Below, piece after piece: positions 47,959 to 56,137 of a stretch of DNA of 64,000 nucleotides. A program made the translations under genes and the position numbers. The DNA is from Solirubrobacterales bacterium (GTDB lineage Bacteria > Actinomycetota > Thermoleophilia > Solirubrobacterales > 70-9): the NCBI GenBank assembly GCA_035542315.1, contig DATKLT010000022.1, forward strand, positions 271 through 64,270. The letters run 5' to 3'. Position 1 is the first letter of the stretch. Each line of letters starts with the position of its first letter. The notes beneath the pieces were generated by a model. It had not been told where the DNA came from. It did not search any database and saw only the letters and a list, made by a program, of their open reading frames with translations.

Positions 47959-49701
47959 TCACCGGATCGGCACCTCGACTTCCTTGCTGAACTCGTCGAA
48001 GGCCGAGACCCGAATCGTCAGGGCGATCTGCCAATCGCCGCTGGAGCTCAGTAGTGCGTCGGGGATCGTGTAATGACCCGGGCCGGCGAGCTGTGGTTCG
48101 AGCGGCAGCGAGATGTTCTTTTCGGGCAACGCCGCGGTCGCGGTCACTTCCTTTGCCCTGGCGTACGGGGCGCCACTCTTGGCGTCGAAGAGATAGAGGT
48201 GGATCTCGTTGGCGCCGACCGTCGCCGGTTCGACGCTCATCTCCAGCTGAATCGGGCCGACCAGCGTTTCGGTCGAGAACGGGCCGCCCTGCGCCGTGAC
48301 CGGCGGCGCGTAGCTGGCGAGCGCGGCGGTGACGCCGATCACGATCGCCAGCAGGGCGACCTCGGCGCGGAGAGCGCGGCGCAGGAGCAGGCCGGCGCGT
48401 CCGGGCGACTCGCCGCCCGCCGCGATCCGGTTGAGCCGCGGCACCGAGCGGCGGCGGTTGTAGGCGCCGATCCCGATCAGGACCAGCAGCAGGAGGAACT
48501 TGGCGAGCACCGCACGGCCGTAGCCGGTCGAGAGCAGGTCGCCGAGGTGGCGAACGTAGACGTAGGCCTGGATCAGGCCGGTGACGAGGAGGGCGCCGAC
48601 GGCGATCAAGGCCACCTCCGAGAAGCGGGAGAGCGCGGCGGCGAGCAGGCGGCTGCGAGCGGCGAGCTCCAGCTCCCTGGTGGCGCGCGGGACGACGAAG
48701 AGCAGGGCGGCGAGACCGCCGAGCCAGACGCCCATCGCGGCGACGTGGACGACGTTGACCGGGAAGTTGAGGGCGACGGGCGATTGCGTGCTGCCGTGCC
48801 CGGAAAGAGCCGGGACGAGGACGACGAAGACCAGTGGGACGGCGGCGATCCCGGCGCGCAGCCAGGCGCCCCTCCCCCCCTCTCCGGCGGGCCGCAGCAG
48901 GGCGACGAGCACCCCGAAGACGACCCAGGCGAGCGCGGCCAGCCCCCAGATCGTCCCGAACTTCGTTTCCAGCGTCTCGCGGACGATCGACTCCGTCAGC
49001 GCCGAGAAGCCGGAGACCCCCGCCGCCTCGGCGCCCTCGAGCACGACCCCCGTGGCGGCGCTGAGCGCGCCGATCGCGGCGGCGACCAGCAGCACGATCC
49101 GCAGTCGCGCGGCGAATGCCAGCGATGCTCGCCGCCATGCCTCGCCCTCGCCCCCCACCACTCCCAGCGCCGGCAGCCAGGCGAGCACCAGGAAGGCAAG
49201 CCCGCCGACGCCGAGCGCGATCGCCGCGTACTGCAGGCCGCGGGCGATGCCGAAGGCGGTCTCGGTCACCGGCCCGCTGCCCGAGCCGGAGGTCAGTTCT
49301 GCGACCGTCTCGGTCGGCGCCTTGCCGGCCTTGCCGATCGAGAAGACGAAGCCGCTGGAGACGATATGGCCGTCGGCGGAGACCACCCTGTAGGTGGCGG
49401 TGTAGCTGCCGTCCGGCAGCCCCGGCTTCAGGTGGACCCCGAGCCGCGGGCCTTCGCCGTTGGGATGGAAGGCGTCGCCTTCGTCGACCCGCTCGCCGTT
49501 GGCGTCGTAGACCCGAACGGCGCCGAAGTTGCCCTCGACCGGCTCGTCGAAGCGGAAGATCACCGCTTCGGGCTCGTGCTTGACGACGGCACCGCGCGCG
49601 GGCGTCGTTTCCTCCAGCTGAGCGTGCGCGAGCGCGCCGGCGGGAAGCGCCAGCGCCAGCGCCAGGACAGCGGCGAATGCCCCTAGCGCGGCCCGGCGCA
49701 T
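47959..49701 (-). CDS. CopC-CopD fusion copper resistance/uptake protein (YcnJ-like) with YtkA/FixH-like C-terminal domain
   Basis: Signal peptide plus AHAQLEETTPARGAVV...YRVVSADGHIVSG (CopC), then about 8 TM spans (CopD), then a soluble beta-rich tail. Confidence 0.85.
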   Translation of the reverse strand: MRRAALGAFAAVLALALALPAGALAHAQLEETTPARGAVVKHEPEAVIFRFDEPVEGNFGAVRVYDANGERVDEGDAFHPNGEGPRLGVHLKPGLPDGSYTATYRVVSADGHIVSSGFVFSIGKAGKAPTETVAELTSGSGSGPVTETAFGIARGLQYAAIALGVGGLAFLVLAWLPALGVVGGEGEAWRRASLAFAARLRIVLLVAAAIGALSAATGVVLEGAEAAGVSGFSALTESIVRETLETKFGTIWGLAALAWVVFGVLVALLRPAGEGGRGAWLRAGIAAVPLVFVVLVPALSGHGSTQSPVALNFPVNVVHVAAMGVWLGGLAALLFVVPRATRELELAARSRLLAAALSRFSEVALIAVGALLVTGLIQAYVYVRHLGDLLSTGYGRAVLAKFLLLLVLIGIGAYNRRRSVPRLNRIAAGGESPGRAGLLLRRALRAEVALLAIVIGVTAALASYAPPVTAQGGPFSTETLVGPIQLEMSVEPATVGANEIHLYLFDAKSGAPYARAKEVTATAALPEKNISLPLEPQLAGPGHYTIPDALLSSSGDWQIALTIRVSAFDEFSKEVEVPIR

Positions 49702-50391
49702 CTACCAGGCCTCCTTCGCCGGCTCCAGAGGGGCGCTCGGACCCTGGCCGTCGTCCTCCCTGCGGCGCCGGCGCCTCACCCAGAGGACCAGGGCGCCACC
49801 GATCAGGACGATCGCGATGCCGGTGACGATGAACGGCGTCTTCGAGGTGCTGGCGGGACCGACCCAGTAGAGGGTGCCGCTGACGTCGCCCTTCTTGCCT
49901 TCGACGCTGATCGGGATCTTGTAGTCGAAGACCTTCGTTTTCTTGCTCTGATCCTTGACCACGGGCGGCAGGTCGGGCGACATGTAGTGCATCCGGTGGT
50001 CGTGCCAGATGAACGAGCCGGAGTGATCGAAGGTCTTCCACTTCGGCGCCGCTTCGGCGTCGGCGATCGGGGGAACCGTCACTTCGGCGAAGCGGTTTTC
50101 GTTCAGGTAGAGCGCTGGGGAGCGTTCGTTCACCTGCACGGTGCCGTTCTTGAGGATGCGGGCGTAGGGCTCGCCTTCGTAGCCGTAGATCACGACTTCG
50201 TGGCCGTGCTGGTCTTCCAGCTGCATGTAGCTGTCGTAATTCAGTACCTGGAACTTCACGTTGGGCATGCGCGGCGTCACTTCGTCGATCACCGAGCGGT
50301 AGTTCGGGTTGCCCCCGTGCGCGGACGCGACGGAGGCCGGTGCGAGCAGCGCGAACACGGCTGCCAGCACCACCCATCTGGCGCGGCTCAT
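49702..50391 (-). CDS. secreted, C-terminally anchored His-rich protein of unknown function
   Basis: AAGGAGAAG Shine-Dalgarno sequence before Met13. Signal peptide ending VASAHGGNPNY. WHDHRMHYM. C-terminal TM plus RRRRRR. Its stop abuts the CopCD start. Confidence 0.6.
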   Translation of the reverse strand: MSRARWVVLAAVFALLAPASVASAHGGNPNYRSVIDEVTPRMPNVKFQVLNYDSYMQLEDQHGHEVVIYGYEGEPYARILKNGTVQVNERSPALYLNENRFAEVTVPPIADAEAAPKWKTFDHSGSFIWHDHRMHYMSPDLPPVVKDQSKKTKVFDYKIPISVEGKKGDVSGTLYWVGPASTSKTPFIVTGIAIVLIGGALVLWVRRRRRREDDGQGPSAPLEPAKEAW

Positions 50392-50436
50392 CTGCTTCTC
50401 CTTGTTTGGCTTGGCGGCGCCGGCCAAGCCGGCGCG

Positions 50437-51054
50437 CTAGAAGGCTGCTGCGAGCGGGGGCGGTGGGGCACGACCCGCCGCCGAGGCGGCGAGCGGGGCG
50501 CTGGCGAAGCGCGGCGCGTCAAGCGGCCGCGAGAACGAAACCGGGCGGCGGCGAGAGCGCCGGGCACGGGCGCGGGAGGCGACCCAGGTGACGACGGCGT
50601 CGGCGCCACGCAGACACATGGCGACCACGGCCCCGAGGACGAGGGAGAGCGGGACCGCGATCAGCCCACCGTGGCCGAAGACGCCGACGAGGCCGCCCGG
50701 GTGCCCGCTCGCGAGAAAGCCCTCGCCCAGCTCCTGAGAGGAGTAGATCGCCAGCAGGGCCAGCGACGCGAGCGCCCACAGCAGCGGCAGGCTCAGCCCC
50801 CGGGGGCGTCGGCTCCGGCCCACGTTCGCCTGACCCAGCTCGACGATGAAGAGGCCGGCGGCGGCGGCAAGGCCCATCGCGACCAGCGGCATCAGGAAGC
50901 CGAGGTATGCGTGACCCTGGGCGGCCAGCTCGGAGCCGGCGTGGCTCCCGTAGACAAGCTCGTAGCGAAGCTGGTGAACCGTCAGCACCGCGGCGGCCAT
51001 CAGCGCCGCCGCTTGGACCGGGCGCGGTACGAGGCTGTCGATCCGTCTACGCAC
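50437..51054 (-). CDS. membrane protein of unknown function (first gene of the minus-strand copper operon)
   Basis: 205 aa with 4-5 TM spans and several His in or near membrane segments (GHAYLGF, SGHPGG, FGHGG). Confidence 0.5.
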   Translation of the reverse strand: MRRRIDSLVPRPVQAAALMAAAVLTVHQLRYELVYGSHAGSELAAQGHAYLGFLMPLVAMGLAAAAGLFIVELGQANVGRSRRPRGLSLPLLWALASLALLAIYSSQELGEGFLASGHPGGLVGVFGHGGLIAVPLSLVLGAVVAMCLRGADAVVTWVASRARARRSRRRPVSFSRPLDAPRFASAPLAASAAGRAPPPPLAAAF

Positions 51055-51140
51055 CGACAGGGAACTCTAGTGGCCTCGTCGATGCGACGACTGTGCCAAA
51101 GTTGGAATCGAAGGGCGCCTTGGGGACGCCGTTCGCAGCG

Positions 51141-51845
51141 ATGGACGCAGGCACTCCGACGATCGACAGCCAACCCCCCGAGGACGGCCAGGGCCCGGCC
51201 CCGCGCCGTTGGCGGCTGTTACTGCCGCTCGTGGCGGTGATCGCAGTGGTGGCGATCGCCACCGTCTTGATTGCCAGCCACAGCAGCTCTCCCGCCCTGC
51301 CCGGGAACGCGCGCAGCGAAGCCTCGCCCCACTTCGCCGGGGAGACCATCACCCCCCGGCTCCCCGCTCCGTCCTTCGACGGACTGCGCAACTACCTGGG
51401 CGAACGGGTCGACCTCGCCGAATATCGCGGCAAGGCCGTCTTCGTCACCTTTCTCTACACCCACTGCCCGGACGTCTGCCCGCTGATGACCGCCGAACTG
51501 CACAACGCGCTGGCGCGGATGACGCCCGCCGAGCGCAAGCAGGAGCAGATCATCGCCGTCTCGGTCGACCCCCGCCGCGACACCCGCAATGCCGTCGCCG
51601 AATTCGTCTCGGCCCACGGGATGACCGGCAAGATGAAGTACCTGATCGGCAACGCGCACGAACTCTCCCGGGTCTGGGAAGCCTGGAACGTCGGCTCCGA
51701 AAAGGACTCGGTCAATCCCGAATTCGTCGCCCACTCGGCGTTGATCTACGGGGTCTCCGCCAGCGGCAAGCTGACCACGATCTACCCCGCCAACTTCAAG
51801 CCTCAGCAGATCGTCGACGACCTGCCGAAGCTGCTTCAGGATTGA
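51141..51845 (+). CDS. SCO1/SenC-family copper chaperone / thiol-disulfide oxidoreductase
   Basis: Track ORF trimmed to Met79. TM anchor WRLLLPLVAVIAVVAIATVLIA. VFVTFLYTHCPDVCP (CxxxC) and a downstream His (VAHSALIYGV). Confidence 0.85.
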   Translation: MDAGTPTIDSQPPEDGQGPAPRRWRLLLPLVAVIAVVAIATVLIASHSSSPALPGNARSEASPHFAGETITPRLPAPSFDGLRNYLGERVDLAEYRGKAVFVTFLYTHCPDVCPLMTAELHNALARMTPAERKQEQIIAVSVDPRRDTRNAVAEFVSAHGMTGKMKYLIGNAHELSRVWEAWNVGSEKDSVNPEFVAHSALIYGVSASGKLTTIYPANFKPQQIVDDLPKLLQD

Positions 51846-51849
51846 CGAT

Positions 51850-53124
51850 GTGAGCACCCAAGCGGCCAAGCCGGGCGAGATCCTCCACCTCTCGCTGATC
51901 CTCGGCGGCGCCCTGCGCGACAGCGACGGTGCTCGGCTCGGGCGGGTGGAGGATCTGATCGTCCGCCTCGGAGGCAGCGACTACCCGCCGATCACCGGCT
52001 TCCTCGCGACGATCGCCGGTCGCCAGTCGTACTTGCCGGCCGAGCGGGTTGCCCGGATCGAGCCCGGCACCGTGACCCTGAGCAAAGCGAAACTCGACCT
52101 GCGCCCGTTCGCCCGTCGTCCCCAGGAGGTACTGCTCAAGCACGACCTGCTGGACCACCAGCTGATCAACGTCGAGGGAGCGCGGCTGGTCCGCGCCAAC
52201 GAGATCGAGCTTGCCCGCCTGGAGGGATGGTGGCGGGTGGTCGGCGTCGACACCGGGCCGCGCGGCGGCCTGCGGCGCTTGCTGCCGAAAGCGATCGGCA
52301 GGCGGATCTCCACCGGCGAGTTCCTCGACTGGGCGAGCGTCGAGCCCTTCTCCGGCGACGTCCCCGCGGTGCGACTGCGCGTGCCCCACCCGAAGCTGGC
52401 GAAACTGCACCCGGCCCAGATCGCCGACCTGGTCGAGGCGGCCTCCCACGAGGAGGGCAAGGAGATCATCGAGGCCGTCGGCCAAGACAGCGAGCTGGAG
52501 GCCGACGTCTTCGAGGAGCTCGACGCCCGCCATCAGCTCGAGTTCGTCGCGGGGCGCTCAGACTCGGAAGTCGCCGAGCTGCTCGCCAGGATGGCGCCCG
52601 ACGATGCCGCCGACATGGTCGCCGAGCTGCCCGAGGTGAGACGGGAGGACGTGATCGAGGGGCTGCCCCCGGTGGCACGGCGCAAGGTGCGCGCCCTGCT
52701 CGGCTACGACCCGGCCGAGGCCGGCGGGCTGATGAGCCCGGACTTCGTCAGCGTCTATCGCCAGGCAACGGTCGCCGAGGCGCTCGACCGGGTCCAGCGC
52801 AGCGCGCTCGCCGATGAGCTGCTGGCGACGGTCTACGTGATGGACGCCCGCCACCGCTTCGTCGGCACCCTGCCGCTGGCGGCGCTGGTCCGTGCCGACC
52901 CGACCGCCGACGTGGTCGACCTCGAGGTCCAGTACGTGCCGAACCTGATCCCCGAAGCCGACTTCGAGGAAGTGGCACGGCTGATGGCCGACTACAACCT
53001 CACCGCCGCCCCGGTTATCGACACGGAGGAACGGATGATCGGGGTCGTCACCGTCGACGACGTGCTGGAGGTGTTGCTGCCGAAGGGCTGGCGGCGGCGC
53101 TTTGGGTTGCTTGGTGACGAGTGA
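51850..53124 (+). CDS. soluble PRC-barrel + MgtE-N + tandem CBS protein (MgtE cytosolic module without pore domain)
   Basis: N-terminal LGGALRDSDGARLGRVEDLIV (PRC-like). LHPAQIADLVEAASHEEGKEIIEAV and LLARMAPDDAADMVAELP (MgtE_N). C-terminal CBS pair. No TM segment. Confidence 0.8.
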   Translation: MSTQAAKPGEILHLSLILGGALRDSDGARLGRVEDLIVRLGGSDYPPITGFLATIAGRQSYLPAERVARIEPGTVTLSKAKLDLRPFARRPQEVLLKHDLLDHQLINVEGARLVRANEIELARLEGWWRVVGVDTGPRGGLRRLLPKAIGRRISTGEFLDWASVEPFSGDVPAVRLRVPHPKLAKLHPAQIADLVEAASHEEGKEIIEAVGQDSELEADVFEELDARHQLEFVAGRSDSEVAELLARMAPDDAADMVAELPEVRREDVIEGLPPVARRKVRALLGYDPAEAGGLMSPDFVSVYRQATVAEALDRVQRSALADELLATVYVMDARHRFVGTLPLAALVRADPTADVVDLEVQYVPNLIPEADFEEVARLMADYNLTAAPVIDTEERMIGVVTVDDVLEVLLPKGWRRRFGLLGDE

Positions 53125-53178
53125 GCCGATGGCGACGTAGACTGGCCGCCGTGCTGAGGAACCGGGACGGACAAGTGG

Positions 53179-54489
53179 ATGCCGGGCCGAGTACCAGCCG
53201 CCATTCGGCGGGTCCGGTCGCTAGCTTCGGCGCGGCCGCACCTGCCTTCCCGGCTCCGCTCCCGGCGTAGCCGCGTCCTCGTCTTCCTCGGGCTGCTCGG
53301 CCCGGGACTGATCGCCGCCAACGCCGGCAATGACGCCGGCGGCATCGCGACCTACTCGGAAGTCGGCGCCAAGTACGGCTACACGCTGCTCTGGGCGATG
53401 GTGCTGATCACGGTCTCCCTGGCGCTCGTCCAGCGCTCGGCAGCGCGGATGGGGACCGTCACCGGCAAGGGCCTCGCCGAGCTGATCCGCGAGCGCTACG
53501 GCATCCGCTGGTCGGCCTTCGCGACCCTCGCGGTGCTGGTCGCCAACTTTGGCATCTGCATCTCCGACTTCGTCGGCATCGGCGCCGCGCTCGGCCTCGC
53601 CGGCATCCCTGTCCAGATCTCGGTCCCGATCGCCGCCGCCGTGATCTGGCTGATCATCGTCCGCGGCTCCTACCGCTCGGCCGAGCGGATCTTCGTCTGG
53701 ATGACGATCCCGTTCTTCGCCTACCCCCTGGCGGCGATCCTCGCCCATCCCGACTGGGGCGAAGTCGGTCACGCCCTCGTCGTCCCCCAGCTCCAGGGCA
53801 ACTCCGAGTTCCTCCTCCTCTTCGTCGCGATGGCGGGAACCACCATCACCCCCTACATGCAGCTCTACCTCCAGTCGGCCGTGGTCGAGCGCGGCGCAAC
53901 CGAGAAGGATTTGCGGGCAGAGAGCCGCGAGGCCGTCGGTGGGGCGCTATTTGCCGACCTCATCGCCGCCTTCATCATCATCGCCACCGGAGCAACTCTG
54001 TACGTCAGCGGCGTCCACTCGATCGGCTCCGCCGCCGACGCCGCCAAGGCGCTCGGACCGTTGGCGGGCCAGTACGCGGAGCTGCTCTTCGGGATCGGCC
54101 TCCTCGGCGCCAGCCTGCTCGCCGCCGCGATCCTGCCGATCGCAACCTCCTACGTGGTCGCCGAGTCGCTCGGCTTCGAGAAGGGGATTGGGCGGCGCAC
54201 CGAGGAGGCTCCGGTCTTCGTGGGGCTGATCACGGCGATGATCGTCGTCTCCACGATCGTCGCGATGGTCCCCGGCGTCCCCGTGATATCTCTGCTCGTC
54301 GGCGTCCAGGTCGTCAACGGCGTGCTGCTGCCGATCAACCTCTTCTTCATCTGGCGGCTGGCGCGAAACGAGGAGCTGATGGGCAAGCATCGCAACCGTG
54401 GCGCGGTCGACTGGGTGACGGCAGCGACGGTGGCGATCACCTCGACGCTGTCGCTGATCCTGGTCGGGGTGACGGTGCTCGGGCTGTGA
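53179..54489 (+). CDS. mntH: NRAMP-family divalent metal transporter
   Basis: LGPGLIAANAGNDAGGIATYSEVGAKYGY, MGTVTGKGLAE, about 11 TM spans. Confidence 0.85.
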   Translation: MPGRVPAAIRRVRSLASARPHLPSRLRSRRSRVLVFLGLLGPGLIAANAGNDAGGIATYSEVGAKYGYTLLWAMVLITVSLALVQRSAARMGTVTGKGLAELIRERYGIRWSAFATLAVLVANFGICISDFVGIGAALGLAGIPVQISVPIAAAVIWLIIVRGSYRSAERIFVWMTIPFFAYPLAAILAHPDWGEVGHALVVPQLQGNSEFLLLFVAMAGTTITPYMQLYLQSAVVERGATEKDLRAESREAVGGALFADLIAAFIIIATGATLYVSGVHSIGSAADAAKALGPLAGQYAELLFGIGLLGASLLAAAILPIATSYVVAESLGFEKGIGRRTEEAPVFVGLITAMIVVSTIVAMVPGVPVISLLVGVQVVNGVLLPINLFFIWRLARNEELMGKHRNRGAVDWVTAATVAITSTLSLILVGVTVLGL

Positions 54490-54541
54490 CGTTCTGGGTC
54501 AGCGGCGCGACCTCGCGGCGGTGGGCTTTGCCACTCGATGC

Positions 54542-55216
54542 CTATCCGACCGCGCTCCAAGTGACCGGGTTTTCGAAGTATTCGCTGAGCCCTTCTTTGG
54601 TCGGCCCCGATTCCCACTTGACTTCTTCGATCGAGCCGCCGGCGCGGACCAGATAGATGAAGCAGGTTTCGAAATCCTTGCCGTCGACGAAACCTTGTGG
54701 CATCTGCTCCTCTTCGCAGGAGGGGAAATCACCGAGGACCGTTACCGAAGTCTGTTCCTGTCCGCGATCGTCGACGGCGTCAAGGCGATATGCCGGGTTT
54801 TCTTCGCTCGAGGGTTCTTCGCCCCCCAGCGCTTCCAGCCTGACCTTGACGAAGAACGGGGTCTTTTCTTCTTCTTCGGGTTCCAATTCGAGTCCGCCCA
54901 GATCGCTCTGAGACTTTTCTTCGATTGCGGTGACGGCGACCTTCAGATCGATCCCGGGCTGTGATTTGGTCGGGTCTTCTTCGTTGTAGGGGACAAACGA
55001 GACCGTGGCTTCTTCGCCTATCTGGAGCTGACTGTTGGGCGGCGTGAGGTCCCCGCCCGCAGCCGATCGCCTGGCGGCTTCGGGCGCCCCTTCTTCAGTC
55101 GTGGAGGAGATGGATCCCTCGGAGGACGAGCTGCCGCCCTAGCCGCCGCAGGCGCTGAGGGTGAGTGCGAGGACTGCCACCCCGATCGAGACCAAGCTAA
55201 GGCGTTTCGGCATCAT
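54542..55216 (-). pseudogene. lipoprotein gene interrupted by a single in-frame TAG (codon 26, 55139..55141)
   Basis: AAAGGAGA Shine-Dalgarno sequence, then MMPKRLSLVSIGVAVLALTLSACGG, then TAG, then GGSSSSEGSISSTTEEG... continuing in the same frame into track ORF 54542..54886. The frame was checked arithmetically (55216-55141=75; 55216-54886=330). Confidence 0.6.
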
Positions 55217-55402
55217 CGGATCTCCTTTTGAAGACTGTGACCATATGCATCGGGCGGGCATGGAAATGCGGCGGCCACATCATCACCGAGGCGATGATCA
55301 GCGGCGGCGAAGCGTCACCGGACGCTCCCCTCCGCCCGAGCGGCTTGACTTTCCTTTTCCTTACTGAGAGGTTCGGACCACAGACTTACAAGGAGAGCCG
55401 CT

Positions 55403-56074
55403 ATGAGGAAGCTTGGCCTGTCTCGGCCGTCGCCCGCGCTAGTCATTGCCGTCATCGCACTGGTCTTCGCCATGGGCGGTACCGCGTTGGCGGTGGTTGG
55501 CCTCAACAGCAAGCAGAAATCGCAGGTCAAGCAGCTCGCCAATAAGCAGATCAAAGCGAAGGCCGCAGGCCTTTCGGTGGCAAAGGCCAAGAACGCAGAT
55601 CACGCCACCAACGCCGATCACGCGACCAACGCGGATCAGGCAAAAAATGCCGATACCGTCGGCAATGCGGACCTCAACAGCTTCACGGTCGGTCGCAGCA
55701 CGAAAGGATCGTGCGACCCGTCGACGACCGCCTTCGTCGACTGCGGGACGGTGTCGCTGAATCTGCCCCGGGCGGGTCGCGTCCTGATCGTCGCCACCGC
55801 GGGCTTTGACGGCGCAAACAGCGCTTCCGGCTATCGCGGCGACTGCCGGCTCACCGCGGACGGAACGGTGGTTGGACCGCAGGTCTCCAACGGAAGCAGC
55901 GACGGCCTCGGCGTCGGGTTCAACGGCAACCAGCAGGGAACGACGGCCCTCAGCGCAGTCACCGATCCGCTCCCGGCCGGGACCCACGACCTCTCCCTGA
56001 CCTGCAACCAGGCAGGCGGCAGCGTCGAGTTCTCGAACGACAGCGTCTCTGCGGTCATGGTCGGCACCAACTAA
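55403..56074 (+). CDS. N-terminally anchored/secreted protein with five tandem x-x-N-A-D pentapeptide repeats
   Basis: MRKLGLSRPSPALVIAVIALVFAMGGTALA, then AKNADHATNADHATNADQAKNADTVGNAD, then a beta-rich Cys-containing domain. AAGGAGAG Shine-Dalgarno sequence. Architecture parallels 19899..20552. Confidence 0.6.
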   Translation: MRKLGLSRPSPALVIAVIALVFAMGGTALAVVGLNSKQKSQVKQLANKQIKAKAAGLSVAKAKNADHATNADHATNADQAKNADTVGNADLNSFTVGRSTKGSCDPSTTAFVDCGTVSLNLPRAGRVLIVATAGFDGANSASGYRGDCRLTADGTVVGPQVSNGSSDGLGVGFNGNQQGTTALSAVTDPLPAGTHDLSLTCNQAGGSVEFSNDSVSAVMVGTN

Positions 56075-56137
56075 TCTCGGGTGCCGGGAGCGGAGCGCGG
56101 GGAGCGATCCATTCGGGGTTCGTAGGAAGATGTCGCG

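Noticed and set aside
46847-50377. 1176-aa minus-strand ORF
   Set aside because: The frame stays open through copCD and the His-rich protein gene, which are read in other frames. The translation there is R/G/P-rich nonsense. Only the YcnI part (46847-47584) is credible; 47585-47962 is treated separately as a finding.
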